Source of the DNA: Octopus vulgaris
Lineage: Eukaryota
Assembly (NCBI GenBank): GCA_951406725.2
Contig: OX597825.1
Location: 39,246,001 to 39,310,000, forward strand
Reading direction: 5' to 3'
Length of the DNA: 64,000 bases
Shown: positions 1-13,339 of the stretch, in pieces
Layout: the number at the start of each line of letters is the position of its first letter
Numbering within the stretch: the stretch's first letter is position 1
Position numbers and translations under genes: made by a program
The notes under the pieces: generated by a model
What the model saw: only the letters and a program-made list of their open reading frames with translations
What the model was told of the DNA's origin: nothing
Database searches by the model: none

Positions 1-763
1 GACAATAAATTTCACCTTCATACTCTACAAGTTAATGAAATATAATGAACACAGATTAGGTCCATGTATTGTTACCGTTTAACTCTTTCAAACTTGAACT
101 AAAACTTAGTTGGAATGAGAAAGCTTGCAATATATCGCCAGATATCTAATTATTTCCGAAATATCAAATTCAAGCTTAAATCGTAAATATAAACCAAGCG
201 TAGTGTTTATAATCGCCCACAACTTCCCAACAACATGTTTCTGCGTACCACCTTGAGCAAGTACTTTCTACAACAGTACTATAGCCACAGAAATATTACC
301 AAACAATCCAAAATATTTCATTGATAATGTAATATTAAATTTCACTGAATAAATGTGTCAAACAACTTTTGAAAGAGGCAAGCTCAGGTACACCACTCAA
401 GCTTGGTTATTCAAATCTTCGATAGATCATATTTGATCCCAAATCTAAGGGGTGAATTATAAATTCATAACCGTATTGTTTGTATTCGTCCAGCATTATT
501 TCCTTCTAAGTTATTCTATAGGAAATTACAATGTTTAGTATTTTAATGACGCGCTTCATAAAATGTTACTCGACATACATGACATTGTTAAAATATCAAG
601 ACACTTCAACAGACAAGCGATATTATCACTAACTGGCAGATAATTGGACAAAGGCGGAGTATTAAATCTAGTTGTGCAGCTTTCAAAATTTCACAGATTT
701 TTGATATTCATTGAAAAGTCATTTCAAATTCAGACACATTGTCGATAGCATAAAAATATTCAG

Positions 764-912
<149 letters not shown>

Positions 913-924
913 ACGATATCAAAT

Positions 925-1077
925 TTTTTGCCATATGGGCAGCTAGAGGGAGGAGTTTCTGTCGATTACATCGAACACAGTGCGTAACCAGTACTTATAT
1001 AATCTACCTCAAAAGGATGAAAGGCAAAGTCGACCTCGGCGGAATTTGAACTCAGAACGTAATGACGGGCGAAATAA
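925..1077 (-). mobile_element. tRNA-derived SINE, family 1, partial
   Basis: Minus strand reads gttctgagttcaaattccgccgaggtcgactttgcctttcatcc (B-box-like GTTCAAATTCC); homologous copies at ~7225-7412 and 22168-22397. Confidence 0.8.
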
Positions 1078-1084
1078 ACATCCC

Positions 1085-2110
1085 CTTCTAAATCATAGTA
1101 ATGGAATGACCTAATCTAACAATAGCAACATCAAACGAGGTATCTTTCCAGGTGACCCCTTCCTCTCCCCAATTGTCTTTAGTATAGCACCGATCCTACT
1201 CTGAAACGAATTGCATAATATCAGGTATGTATTCAAAGTTTAGAATACAACAATAAGCCATCTGCTTGGTATGGACTATCTGAAGCTGTTTGCTAGAAAC
1301 GACGAAGAGCTGACAAATGTTAAAGAGTTCAGTAATGACATCGAGATGGATTTTGACCTACATAAATGTGTCAAACAACTTTTGAAAGAGGCAAGCTCAG
1401 GTACACAGCTTCCTGTAAATAAGATAACGACTCTACATTCAAGGAGCTTGACCTACAAGAAAATTACAAATACTGGGTGTAAACAAAGGAAATGGTATAC
1501 AGCATGTTACTATGAAGGAAAAATTAAGAAAAGAGATTTACTGGAGAGTAAGAATCATACTAAAAACTGAACACAACTCGAAAAATAGCATGGAAGGCAT
1601 TAACATCCGGACAATTCCTGTAGTCTTATATAGTTTTAACATTATTAACTGAAGTCTTTCTGTACTTCAACGCCTGGCCAGGAAGACAAGAAAACTACTA
1701 ACTTCTAAGAATATACACTACTTAAAAGCAGTACTAAAGACTGAACTTGTATGCAAACTCGAAAGCAGCAAAAAATCACATTCTACAGTCAAGGAAGTTT
1801 GCAAATTTGCAAGGGAACTTAACATTAACTCTGAAGTAGTTGATGAGCCTGAAACCACTTGCCCTAAAATAAGGAAAACGGATCGAGCAGAATTCAAAAA
1901 AGAACGGAAAGAAACAAATTGAGGCGCAGTGGAGGCAGACGACTCTGCATGGATAGTATATACTTCGAAGCCGAAATGCTGATGTAGAGCAAGCAACAAC
2001 CCATCAGTTGCAGAGAAGATCAGGACAGAATGCAGAGACTGGAGTTTCATATTGGCAGCAGAAGATCGAAGCTTGCTTATAAAAAACTAGTAGGCTAACG
2101 TTCTTTAAAT
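1085..2110 (+). mobile_element. degenerate R4/Dong-like non-LTR retrotransposon, RT to zinc-finger region
   Basis: Frameshifted fragments (gtatctttccaggtgac = GIFQGD; MDYLKLFARND; ETGVFILAAEDRSL-like) align with the intact ORF at 4214-6367. Confidence 0.8.
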
Positions 2111-2124
2111 CGGCTCTGACCCTA

Positions 2125-3900
2125 ATTGGGGCATAAACCGTCACTACTCTAAAGGCCTCATCTTCGCTGCTATTTATTTCCAGGACGCCACTCCCATCCG
2201 GTTCCAAGATCCGTACTTGGAGATCTAAGGATTTCCGGAGTAGCACTGCCAAACCACAACCCACTCCTAATAGACCACAGGCTGAGAATACCTCGTTCCT
2301 CGAAAATAGATTTTAGAGCGTGTTTTCCGGAGATCCTTCTTTCACTAATTGCAGCCACGTACAAACCATATGATATGTGATCATTGAGCAAGCGAACTTG
2401 CTTCCATGCTTATCCGAGGCCACGCACTTCCACACACCCCATTCTCTGCCCATCTATACTAGTCGGCGGAGGTTAGACACGTTGGCCTTCGAAAAGCCCT
2501 GAAGTTCCAGGCTTCTCTACTGGTGAAAATCGTTTAGAAAGCCTTTCTAACAGCCTTTTACCAATAGTTTTTTTAATAACCTCACTTCCTGGGAAGTTTT
2601 CTATCTGACGATGTTTTGATTAAGGCTCTGTCATTGGGTGTTTTGAGAAAGAAATCCTCAAATTCCTTTCCCTCTGTTTTTATTTTATTTTTATTTTTAT
2701 TTACAAAATCCATCAATCCACTGTTCAAAATCCATCAATCCACTGTTCAAAATCCATCAATCCACTGTTCAAAATCCATCAATCCACTTGTTCAAAACAT
2801 TAAAATTGATGGATACATTCGTCTACAGTCTGATTATTATTTTTGGAGTTCTGTAATCGGTTGTTTCTCGGCTTCTTTAATTTCATACTGTTGTTGATGT
2901 TGTTGCTGTTTTTGAGTTGTTTGATTTTGTTCTCGCAGTCTTTGTTGTGGTTTCAGAGTAATTTTTTGTTGATTTCTTGAAAGAGGACTATGTAGTCTAC
3001 CTCACTTTCTCCTACCAACTTTTGTCCCTGTGATCCATTGATCGTTCAACTCTTACTTCAGTATATCATTGCCGCTGATGTTGGTTTGGGAAGAAAAGTA
3101 TTCAGGAGAAACTTTATTTTCCCTGGTAATCGTGAGTAGACGCCTTCTTTGTCGTGGTTTGGAAGTGGGTGTGAGTGCGGCCGTGGGAGAATGGCATTGA
3201 GCACTTGTTTTTGATATTGCGCTTCTAGTTTTTGTAATGTTGGCAGCGTTGAGACTTTATTTTCCGTTGTTTCAATGCAGGGAAAGTTTTAAAGTTTTAC
3301 AGATCTACATTTGTGACATTTTGACTTTCTACCCTTCACGAACACTGAGAGGTAAGATCGATTAAATCGGGCAGCTGGTCGATATGCAAGGTCAGTTCCA
3401 TACTTATACCTAACCAGTTTTGCTTAGGTAGTTTCTTGACCTACAGTATTGTGACTTCTTGTTCTAAACCTGCCAGGACAGCCGCGACTAACCAGGGAAT
3501 GGATATTTCTCGCGGCATATTCAGCACCCTAATCTTAGCAAACGTTAGCTGCGATTTCTGGGGATTAAGAAAATCTTGTCATTCTTCAAAGTGGTTGCGG
3601 AATTACAGCTAGCTTCATCTTCCGTCACAAATCTCAATTCGATGGTTTCAAACTTCTATCCTCGGTTGATGTGAGTCTTTGTTCCCACACGCACCCAAGG
3701 CATTTATGTACTTCGCACTCGGGAGCATTTTCCACTCGCCGAGATTTGACTCCAATGCAACCGTATGTGGCCGTGCACCTTGCGATATTTTCTATCAAGT
3801 CGGATGGAGAGTTTAGAGCTCCCTTCTCCCATCATTATTTACAATTTTCCTTGCTAATTTTAATTCTTCTTCACCTATGTGAAAACTTTTCATATTTCTC
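2125..3900 (-). mobile_element. degenerate L1/Tx1-like LINE 5' part (ORF1 remnant plus start of AP endonuclease)
   Basis: ORF 2004-2264(-) contains GCGLAVLLRK...FRVVTVYAP, an APE-like motif; a zinc-knuckle-like remnant (VFVKGR..CHKC) lies near 3300-3345 on the minus strand. Confidence 0.5.
2705..2797. repeat. 22-bp tandem minisatellite, 4 copies (aaaatccatcaatccactgttc)
   Basis: Four adjacent near-identical units with no spacers. Confidence 0.95.
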
Positions 3901-3992
3901 ACCACTGATGGAAAAGACGCAGTGGCGATATTTGTGGTTTAATCTTTCATTTCTTTCGTATTCTTGTTGCTGTTATTATTATTATTATTATT

Positions 3993-6364
3993 CTATGTTT
4001 GACTTTTGCTTTATATTTGTACAAGTTGGCTCCAAGTCTCACCCAGAGACCTCAAGAGACAACAGGGTTGGAAGTTCATGTTGTTGTTATGCCTAGTGTG
4101 CCATATATTTGGGGGGTGGGGATGTTGTACTAATGAATGTCTAAAAAAAAAAAAGTTTTTTTTTTTTTTTTTTTTTTTTAAACCGAAAATTATGTTTGTT
4201 TTAAACCTTGAGATTACATAGAGAGTATTTTGCGTAGGATATGAGCAGTTCCCATGAGCACTATCTTTTGAACTTCTGCCATTTTTGGGTTTCCTGGTAT
4301 CTGAGTTAGGTAGCTATCAGCCCCTTTTGCTATCATTCCCAGGGCACCTATGACAACAGGTATTGTTTTAGTCTTCAGCTTCCACATTTTGCTGATTTCT
4401 ATTTCAAGATCTTTATATTTGCTCAGTTTTTGGTAGGTCTTGACAGATACGTTTATATCGATTGGGACAGTCATATCAATGAGGAGGCATGTTCTTTGTT
4501 TGAAGTTTTTCAATATGATGTCTGGCCTATTTGCATCTATCTTCCTGTCAGTTTGAATGGTGAAGTTCCAGAGGAGTGAGATGTGGTCATTTTCAAGCAC
4601 TGGGGGTGGTTTGTGTTCCCACCAGTTTTTTTCATGGGGCAAATCCAGGTTTTTACAGATTACCCAGTGAATATATTGTGCAGCTCTATCGTGCCTGTTG
4701 AGATACTCTGTAGGCGCTAGAAGACTGCACTTGGAGACCACATGGTCAATGGTTTCATTTTGTTGCTTGCATACACGACACGTTGGACTGCTTCTGATCT
4801 TTAATATGTTGGCCTGGTAGTTTCTTGTTGGTAGGCATTGATCTTGAGCTGCTATGATAAACCCCTCTGTTTCAGATTTTAAGCCAGAGGCCATTAGCCA
4901 TTGATGGGTCAGGGCTTTGTCGATATCTGCATTATTCGCTCTCTTTGGGTATTTGCCATAGAGAGGTTTTTCTTGCCATTTATTATTCAGAATATCTAAG
5001 GCCGCAGTTTTGGCACGGGTTTTCATGCGCCTAGCTTTTTCTGTGCTTGTTTCTTGTATATCTATCTCTAATTCCGAAATTGGTTGTATTCGGAATTCAC
5101 TTAGATATTCCTTTGCCTGTTTTGTGACTGAGTATGATGCTTTCTTGTTTTCATGTTTTGAGACAAGTTTTAGCATCCAGTCCTCAGAGTTTTTCAGGTA
5201 GGTGTCTAGGCCAATTGTAGCAATCTTCATTGTTATTGCCAGTTGCAAAAGACCACGGCCTCCCTCTTTTCTTGGTAGATAGAGTCGTTCTGTATCTGCC
5301 TTAGGGTGGTGCATTCTATGCATTGTCAACAGTTTCCTTATTTTTCTGTCGAGCTGACATATTTCAGTAATTGACCAGTTAACAATATTGAAACTGTAAG
5401 TCACGACTGGTATAGCTAATGCATTGATTGCTTCGATCCTGTTTCTTGCATTCAGCTCTGTCTTGAGTATTGCTCTCACTCTTCGATAGCATTCTCTCCT
5501 GATCCTTTCCTTCATCTCTGAATGCCTTATTCCGTTCCCTTCAATTATCCCTAGGTACTTGTAGCTCTCCGCTGGGTCTAGTTCTTTTATGACATTCTGT
5601 TGGTCAAGGTTAACGTTAGATGTTTCTGTCATTTTTCCTTTGATAAAGGTAGCCTTTGCACATTTATCGAGGCCGAATTGCATTCTGATGTCGTCACTGA
5701 ATTGTTTGACTATCGCTAGTAAGCCCTTGAGTTGTTGATCATTTTTTGCAAAAAGCTTTAAATCATCCATGTAAACGAGATGATTTATATTTTTATCAAA
5801 CATTTTATACCCGTACTGCGCATCATTGAGCAGCTTTGAGAGAGGTATTAAGGATAAACAAAAGAGGAGTGGTGACAGTGAGTCACCCTGGAAAATGCCA
5901 CACGAAATTTTTACATCACCAGCATTTAGGGATTCACTGTCACTGTTCAGAGTTAGTGTGGTTCTCCATGATCTCATACTTACAGTCAAGAAGTTTCGCA
6001 GAGTTGGTGCTATCTTATACATTTCAAGGCATTTCCTAATCCAGCTATGTGGTAGGCTATCAAAAGCCTTTTTATAGTCTATCCAGGCTATTGATAAGTT
6101 TTTGTGTCGTTTGTGACAATCTTCTAAGATCATCTTATTGATGAGTAGTTGGTCTTTACAGCCGTAGGATCCACGTTTACATCCTTTCTGTTCATTAGGG
6201 AATATGCTGCTGTCTGTTAAAAAACTATAGGTATATTCCGTCAGGACAGATGTTAGTGTTTTGTACATAGTTGTTAAGCAGGTTATGGGTCTATAGTTTT
6301 TTGGTTCATGTGTTTCTTCACTTTTTGGAAGCAGGAATGTTAACCCATTAACTAGCCAAGGAGG

Positions 6365-6367
<3 letters not shown>
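3993..6367 (-). mobile_element. R4/Dong-clade RLE non-LTR retrotransposon, family A, young and 5'-truncated
   Basis: Open RT-ZnF-RLE frame plus ~220-nt 3'UTR; both ends abut (AAT)n/(TTA)n tracts; the same 3'UTR recurs at 10348 and 39707. Confidence 0.93.
4214..6367 (-). CDS. reverse transcriptase + CCHC zinc finger + restriction-like endonuclease (C-terminal ~717 aa)
   Basis: Motifs NYRPITCL, EQKG, WIDYKKAFDS, GIFQGDSLSP, YMDD, CRVC-x8-H-x4-C, RHD, RPD...LID, KLSKY; no stops. The upstream poly-Ile is microsatellite, not protein. Confidence 0.93.
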
Positions 6368-6436
<69 letters not shown>

Positions 6437-6442
6437 CATTAA

Positions 6443-6526
<84 letters not shown>

Positions 6527-6541
6527 CATCATCATTATTAC

Positions 6542-6577
<36 letters not shown>

Positions 6578-6712
6578 TATTACTATTATTATTATTATCA
6601 TTATTATTATTATTATTATTGTTGTTGTTGCTGTTGTTGTTGCTGCTGCTGCTGTTCCTGCTGCTGCTGCTGTTCCTGCTGTTGCTGCTGTTGCTCTTGT
6701 TGTCCTCGTTGT
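6366..6712. repeat. (TTA)n followed by (TTG)n/(CTG)n microsatellite
   Basis: Directly visible. Confidence 0.97.
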
Positions 6713-7109
6713 CGAACGTTTTTGACGTTGCTTAGAGACGAAACATGTATCGCCTTGGTGAACTCATTAAGCTAGGCCATTCCAAATCGATATGCTCAAT
6801 TCTTTCCTTATTCTCAATCTTCTGCGACAATAAGCCCTTTCCTTTCTCGAACATTATGATGGCTTCTTTATCAGCCATCTTTTAAAAAGCAAAATATTTG
6901 TGTTTACTGAAAGCAGGTAAAATTTAAAAATTATTTATGGGTGCCCTCTGCGAAACAGTGGTTGTTTCTACGCAAAACATTCTATCTGCGCAATCCAGAC
7001 AACGTCAGAAATGTAATAGTAACAAAATAAATGAAAAGACGAGGCCTTAGAAGGCCGAAACGCTTTGAAACACTTTTTCAACTTACGGTGACTTTACAGT
7101 ATAGCGGCC

Positions 7110-7176
<67 letters not shown>

Positions 7177-7224
7177 TAATAATAATAATAATGATGATGA
7201 TAATTAATAATAATATTTTCTACA

Positions 7225-7412
7225 ACATGCACAAGATCTGAAATTTGTGGGAAGTTAATGACATCGAACACAGTACGTGACTGGTACTTAGATTATCGAC
7301 CACAAAAGGATGAAAGGCAAAGTCAACCTGGACGGAATTTCAGCGTAGCGACGTGTGAAATTTCGCTAAGCAATATTAGCAGTGTGCTAACGGTTCTGCC
7401 AGCTCGCCGCTT
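7225..7412 (-). mobile_element. tRNA-derived SINE, family 1, degenerate
   Basis: Homologous to 22168-22397; minus-strand 5' end aagcggcgagctggcagaaccgttagcac. Confidence 0.78.
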
Positions 7413-7443
7413 TAATAATATCGATATCAATATTAATATTGAT

Positions 7444-10112
7444 AGTCAAGACGAAGAGCGCGATTCGATTGTAAGATATTTTATTAGTTGAACTATATTT
7501 CAACAGTACCTCTATCTTTGTCAAGTTAAAAATAAGGAGTGATACAAATTCAAATTTATAAAAATTTAGACGTAAAGTTTAAACGAGAAGCAACCAGCGT
7601 CCACACGATGATGGAATAGTATTATGAGTTTTTAAGTTACAATTTTATAACAGGCGAAAAGAAAGACAGTTTGTCCGCCATCAGAAGCTGAAAGAATATT
7701 TGTTTTGAAAAAAACTGATAACGAAACTCCTATGTTTACTAAAAATAAAAATAATGATGATCGAATCTGGCATAATTAGATTTAAAAGAATCCCAATTGG
7801 TATCAAGATACTGTTACAGATCGGGATACAGTTCAGCATGGACGTTCACAAGCACTACTTGAATTTCTTGAATCTTGTCAGGCAGGCATTAAAGAAAGCC
7901 TTAAAACAAGTGGATAGAAGTCCTGGAATAACCTCACAAGTTCCCAAATTTACGCACCCCGATGTCTAGCTAATAACGATTCTATTGTTATTAAGATGGC
8001 GGATAAGGGAAGCGCTATTGTAATTATGGGGAAAATTGAGTATATTTCGGCTTATTAAGAAGTTTTAAATGACAAAATATTACATGAAGAATTACCTGTC
8101 GATCCAAACCCCAATTACTGAGAGGAACTTGACAAAATAATTCTGGAAATGGAGGAAAACAATTTCGTTAATAAGGCTGAATCTAAGATTTTAAGATCAG
8201 AAAGAACACCTGTATTTTATGATTTCCCTAAAATACACAAAAAGTGCGAAAGATTTCTTCCAATGCGCCCAATTCGCAGCGGATATGAATATTGCACGAC
8301 GAAAATTTCGGAATGGCTGGACAGCTTTCTACTCACCGTCAGAAAACAATCACGTTCCTATATCCGGGATACCTTTGATTTTGTATCTAAAATCAACACC
8401 GAGGCCATATCGAGAACTGGGTTTTTTTTTGGTAAACATGGATGTTTCTTCCTTATATCCCAATATTGACCACAATGAAGTGGTAGAAGCATGCACGGAT
8501 GCCTTCGAAAAGCGGTCGAACAAAATAATTCTATCAAATTTTCTCTGTAGTTTATTGAGGTTTGTGTTTGAAAGTAACGCAATTAAATTTAGACAAAGAC
8601 TTTACCACCAGGCGATGGTTTGCGCACTGGCTAATTTCGCTAATGTCTTCATGACAAAACTCTAGACACAATTACTGAAGACATTCCAATCCCTTCATAG
8701 TCATCCCTTCATGCTCTGGTTACAGTTCATTGACTACATATTTTTTGTCTGGGAAGTTATGCTAGAAACTGGCTTTAAGTCTAGCATAACATTTACGTCT
8801 AGCTTTTCAAAAACTAGCGTTGAATATTTGGACACAAAAGTCAGATTTTCTGAAGGCTGAATAGTGACGTTATATTGCAAGCCCACGTCATCCCACATTT
8901 ATCTCCACCGCCGCTCCGATAATCCACATCAACTTATTCGCTCAAATTCGAAATCCCAATTATTGAGGATAAAGCGGATTTTTACTGACATAGCGGATTA
9001 CTGGAAACATGCAAATGCTTTTATACATCATTACGTCAAACGCGGTTACAGTGAACCACGATTAAAAGAAATAGCAAATGAGATAGCTAAGATTAGCAAA
9101 GATAGTCAAACTTACACGCATAATTTTAGCAAACACGATACAATAAATGACAGAATTCCTTTAGTGATTAGCTGGTACAGACATTTCGCTCACATTTCAA
9201 AACTATTGCATGAAAATTACCAGCATGTGGCGAAAAAATATCCTCGCTTGAAACAGATATTTCCTCAGCCGTCTATTGTAGCCTTTAGACGGAATAAGAA
9301 TATAAGACAATTATTGACCTCTATATATGACTCCAAGAAAACGAACATTGGAGTATGTGCACGCTGTACCTTAAAGAATAGTCGCAAGAGAGGTAAGCCC
9401 TGTTCATTGTACAACACCACGAGGGAAGTGAATTCCATCAGAAATCATAACAGGAATGTTATGATTTATACAGTGGGTGGCACATGTAAAGATTCCCATT
9501 TGGTGTACGCTGCAGAATGCATGAAACACAACTTAATTTATGTTAGTAGTACAACAGAACAATAAAACAAAAGGTTTAATGGGCACAGATTCGACTTCAG
9601 GCACAATAACAGTAGTTCGACAGAACTTGCTCAACATTCCGTTTCAAGCGGATGCAATTTTGAAGAAGACTTGAAAGTGCATATTCTCTGAAAATATTCT
9701 GAATCTGCTTCACGTTCACTTCTCAGAATGTATGAAGAGAAATATGTTTGCGGGTTAATAACATTTCTGGAGGAATGAATAAGATGACAGGAGAGAATCA
9801 TCAAATTTATACAAAAATGTTTGATTAAATATTCTTCTTTCTTTTTCTTTCCTTTTTTCTGCCGTCTTCTTTTTTCTGTTTATTTTCTGTCTTTCTATTC
9901 GACTGTTACAAAATTGTAACTTAAAAACTAATAAAGTCATTCCCTCAATGTGTGGACGCTGTTTGCTCTCGTTCATACTTTACGTTTAAATTTAATAATT
10001 TTGAATTGTTTTATCTCTTCTTATTTTGAACTTGACAAAGACAGAGGTACTGTTGAAATATCGTTCAACTGATAAAATATCTTACAATCGAATCGCTCTC
10101 TTTGTCTTGGCT
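7444..10112 (+). mobile_element. Penelope-like element (RT + GIY-YIG) bounded by inverted ~225-bp pLTR copies, degenerate
   Basis: Fragments ADKGSAIVIM, FYDFPKIHK..PMRPI, MDVSSLYPNIDH, YCKPT..H.YL and a Cys-rich linker with HLVYAAECMKHNLIYV; 7444-7669 is an imperfect reverse complement of 9887-10112. Confidence 0.85.
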
Positions 10113-10149
10113 GTTTACTTTGTGAAGAGCCACGTCAATCCTTTTTAAA

Positions 10150-10150
10150 A

Positions 10151-10223
<73 letters not shown>

Positions 10224-10239
10224 GTTGTTGTTGTTATTG

Positions 10240-10333
<94 letters not shown>

Positions 10334-10347
10334 CATTATTATTATTC
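10150..10347. repeat. (TTA)n microsatellite at the 3' end of an R4 copy
   Basis: Directly visible. Confidence 0.95.
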
Positions 10348-11066
10348 TATGCTTGACTTTTGCTTTACATTTGTACAAGTTGGCTCCAAGTCTCACCCAG
10401 AGACCTCAAGAGACAACAAGTTGGAAGTTCATATTTGTGTTATGCCTAGGGTGCCATATATTTGCTTTTGTACTGAGTGTTGTACTAGTGAATGTCTAAA
10501 AAAAAAAAAACATACGAAATTTATGCTCGTTTTAAAACTTGAGATTACATAGAAAGTATTTTGCGTAGGATATGAGCAGTTCCCATGAGCACTATCTTTT
10601 GAATTTCTTCCAATTTTGGGTTTCTTGGTATCTGAATTAGGTAGCAATTAGCCCTTTTTGCTATCATTCACAGAGCACCTATGAAAAAAAATATTTTTGT
10701 AGTCTTCAGGTTCCACATTTTGCTGATTTCTATTTCAAGATCTTTATATTTGCTCAATTTTTGGTAGGTCTTGACAGATACGTTTATCGATTGGGACAAC
10801 CATATCAATGAGGAGGCATGTTCTTTGTCTGAAGTCTTTCAATATGATGTATGGCCTATTTGCATCTATCTTTCTGTCAGTTTGAATGGTGAAGTTTCAG
10901 AGGAGTGAGATGTGGGCATTTTCAAGCACTGGAGGTGGTTTGTGTTCCCACCAGTTTTTTCATGGGGCAATTTCATGTTTTTGCAAATTACCCAGTGAAT
11001 ATATTGTGCAGATCTATCATGCCTGTTGAGATACTCTGTAGGCGCAAGAAGACTGAATTGGCATAC
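10348..11066 (-). mobile_element. R4/Dong family A 3' fragment (RLE domain + 3'UTR)
   Basis: Clearly homologous to 3993-4730, with frameshifts; (TTA)n on both sides. Confidence 0.9.
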
Positions 11067-11078
11067 CCATTATTATTA

Positions 11079-11119
<41 letters not shown>

Positions 11120-11122
<3 letters not shown>

Positions 11123-11560
11123 TAGTTTTATTTTTATAGCGTGCTTTTACTTCACTACCGAGCGCAGCTCTGTGTGCCTTGGGTATGTGCTGTGATTTGT
11201 TGTGATGCTCTGATGGTTATTGTCTGGAAAGTGTTCTGCGAAGGATGTGTGCAGTACCTAGTAGTGCAATTTTCTGTATGTTATATGTGTTTGTAAGTCC
11301 TGGTGTTTTTGTTATGTATTTGTCTGAATATTTTTTTATCATGCCTAATGCACCTGCTATGATAGGAATTGTTTCAGTTTTCAGATTCCACATTCTAGTT
11401 ACCTCTATTTCCAGGTCTTTGTATTTTGAGAGTTTCTCCATTTCTTTTAGAGACACGTTGTCATCAGCCGGTATTGATACATCAATTAGAAAGCATTTTT
11501 TTCTTCATGGTCTCTGACAACTATATCTGGTCTGTTGGCCTTACTTTCTCTATCTGTGTG
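11120..11560 (-). mobile_element. R4/Dong family B 3' fragment
   Basis: ORF KLSKYKDLEIEVTRMWNLKTETIPIIAGALG...IQKIALLGTAHILR; 3'UTR differs from family A; flanked by (TTA)n. Confidence 0.88.
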
Positions 11561-11571
11561 TTTTATTATTA

Positions 11572-11628
<57 letters not shown>

Positions 11629-11634
11629 GTTGTT

Positions 11635-11756
<122 letters not shown>

Positions 11757-11859
11757 CGATGATGATGAAACCCACACAATTTCAGACCGATAACGTGTTC
11801 CGCTACAATTTGCAAAGCCTTCATTGCAATGATATCGCAGATATTGAGCAAGAATCTGC

Positions 11860-13005
11860 AAGCAAACAACCTGTTTCCAGAAGAGCAGAAGGGTTGCTGC
11901 AAAGGCTCATACGGCTGTAAAGATCAACTAATTATCAATAAAGCCATAATTGAGCACAGCCACATCAAGAATAAGGCCTAAGTATGGCCTGGTTCGACTA
12001 TCGAAAAGCATTTGATAGCATCCCCCACAGAAGGATTCTTGAAATACTCTCCACGAACAAGGTAGTACCAATAATCATAAAAATAACAAAAGAAACCCTA
12101 TCACAAAATGGCAGACAGAGCTACAGTTCCAAACAAATGAGGGGTTCATAAAAACCAAAGCCATCCCCATTAGAAGAGGAACATTCCAGGGACGCTCTCT
12201 CCAATCCTTTTCTGCTTGGCACTAGCACCTTTATCTGACATGCTAAAACAGAACTGGATGCGGATACGATTGTTACGGCAAAACAATCTGCCACTCCTTA
12301 TATATAGATGACCTAAAACTGTACACTAAAATGATAAACAGCTGGAACATTACTACAGATAGTACACGGATTTACCAAAGAAATAATATGAAATTTGGCT
12401 TAGAAAATTCTGCCAAAGCAAACTTAAAAGGACGAAAACTAGTTAAGAGTAGCAATATCACACTAGATAAAGGAAATGAAATAAGAGAATAAGACCAAAG
12501 CCAGACATACAAGTATTCAGGAATCAATGAACTAGACACGATACAACACTACAAATGAAAGAGAAAATAAAAAAGAATACTATAGGCGAGTTAGATTAAT
12601 ACTAAAAGCAGAGCTCAATGCATAAAACAAGATAATCGGCATCAACACTCTAGCCGTGCTAGGTATAAGTCACAGCTATAATATCCTCAAGTGGACTCTA
12701 AATGAACTAACCAAAATAGAAAGAAAAACAAGACAAATAATGACAGGATTTAGGATGCACCACCCAAAATCTGTTTTAGAAAGCATATATATACAACAAA
12801 TAGAAGGTGGTAGAGACCTTATACAGCTAGAAAACTATTTCAAAATTACCGCCATAGGACTTTAAAAATACCTACTTCAGAAGCAAAGAAAACTAATAAA
12901 ATAAACATAAAACACGAATAAAGAAAAACATGTTTTCAATCTTTAAAGAAGCAGACAAATATAACAAGAAAACATACTACCTAACACCTAACACCTAAGA
13001 AGGAT
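11860..13005 (+). mobile_element. R4/Dong-like RT fragment, degenerate
   Basis: NLFPEEQKG, GCKDQL, WFDYRKAFDS, RMHHPKS..IEGGRDLIQL motifs with frameshifts; ends in an (AAT)n/(GAA)n expansion. Confidence 0.88.
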
Positions 13006-13007
13006 AA

Positions 13008-13091
<84 letters not shown>

Positions 13092-13133
13092 GAATAATAA
13101 GAATAAGAAGAAGAAGAAGAATAAGAAGAAGAA

Positions 13134-13164
<31 letters not shown>

Positions 13165-13339
13165 AAGAAGAAGAAGAAGAAGAAAACGACGACGACGACG
13201 AAGAAGAAGAAAAAGAAGTAGAAGAAGAAGAAACAATTTTTTTTTGGTAAGTACAGTCTTTTCAGAGTATTCTTGATCAATTTCATGATTCTGATATTTT
13301 TTTTCTTTTAGGTTTTGAATAAACAAGTATCGAAGTAAC

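Noticed and set aside
2705-2797. 22-bp repeats as a CRISPR array
   Set aside because: Units are contiguous with no spacers, there are no cas genes, and the context is eukaryotic.
6368-6601. Poly-Ile N-terminus of the 795-aa ORF as a signal or membrane segment
   Set aside because: It is the flanking (AAT)n tract read in frame; RT homology starts at 6367.
7970-9780. Selenocysteine-recoded (Naiad-type) PLE ORF
   Set aside because: Interruptions include TAA/TAG stops and frameshifts, and no convincing SECIS was seen; ordinary decay is sufficient.
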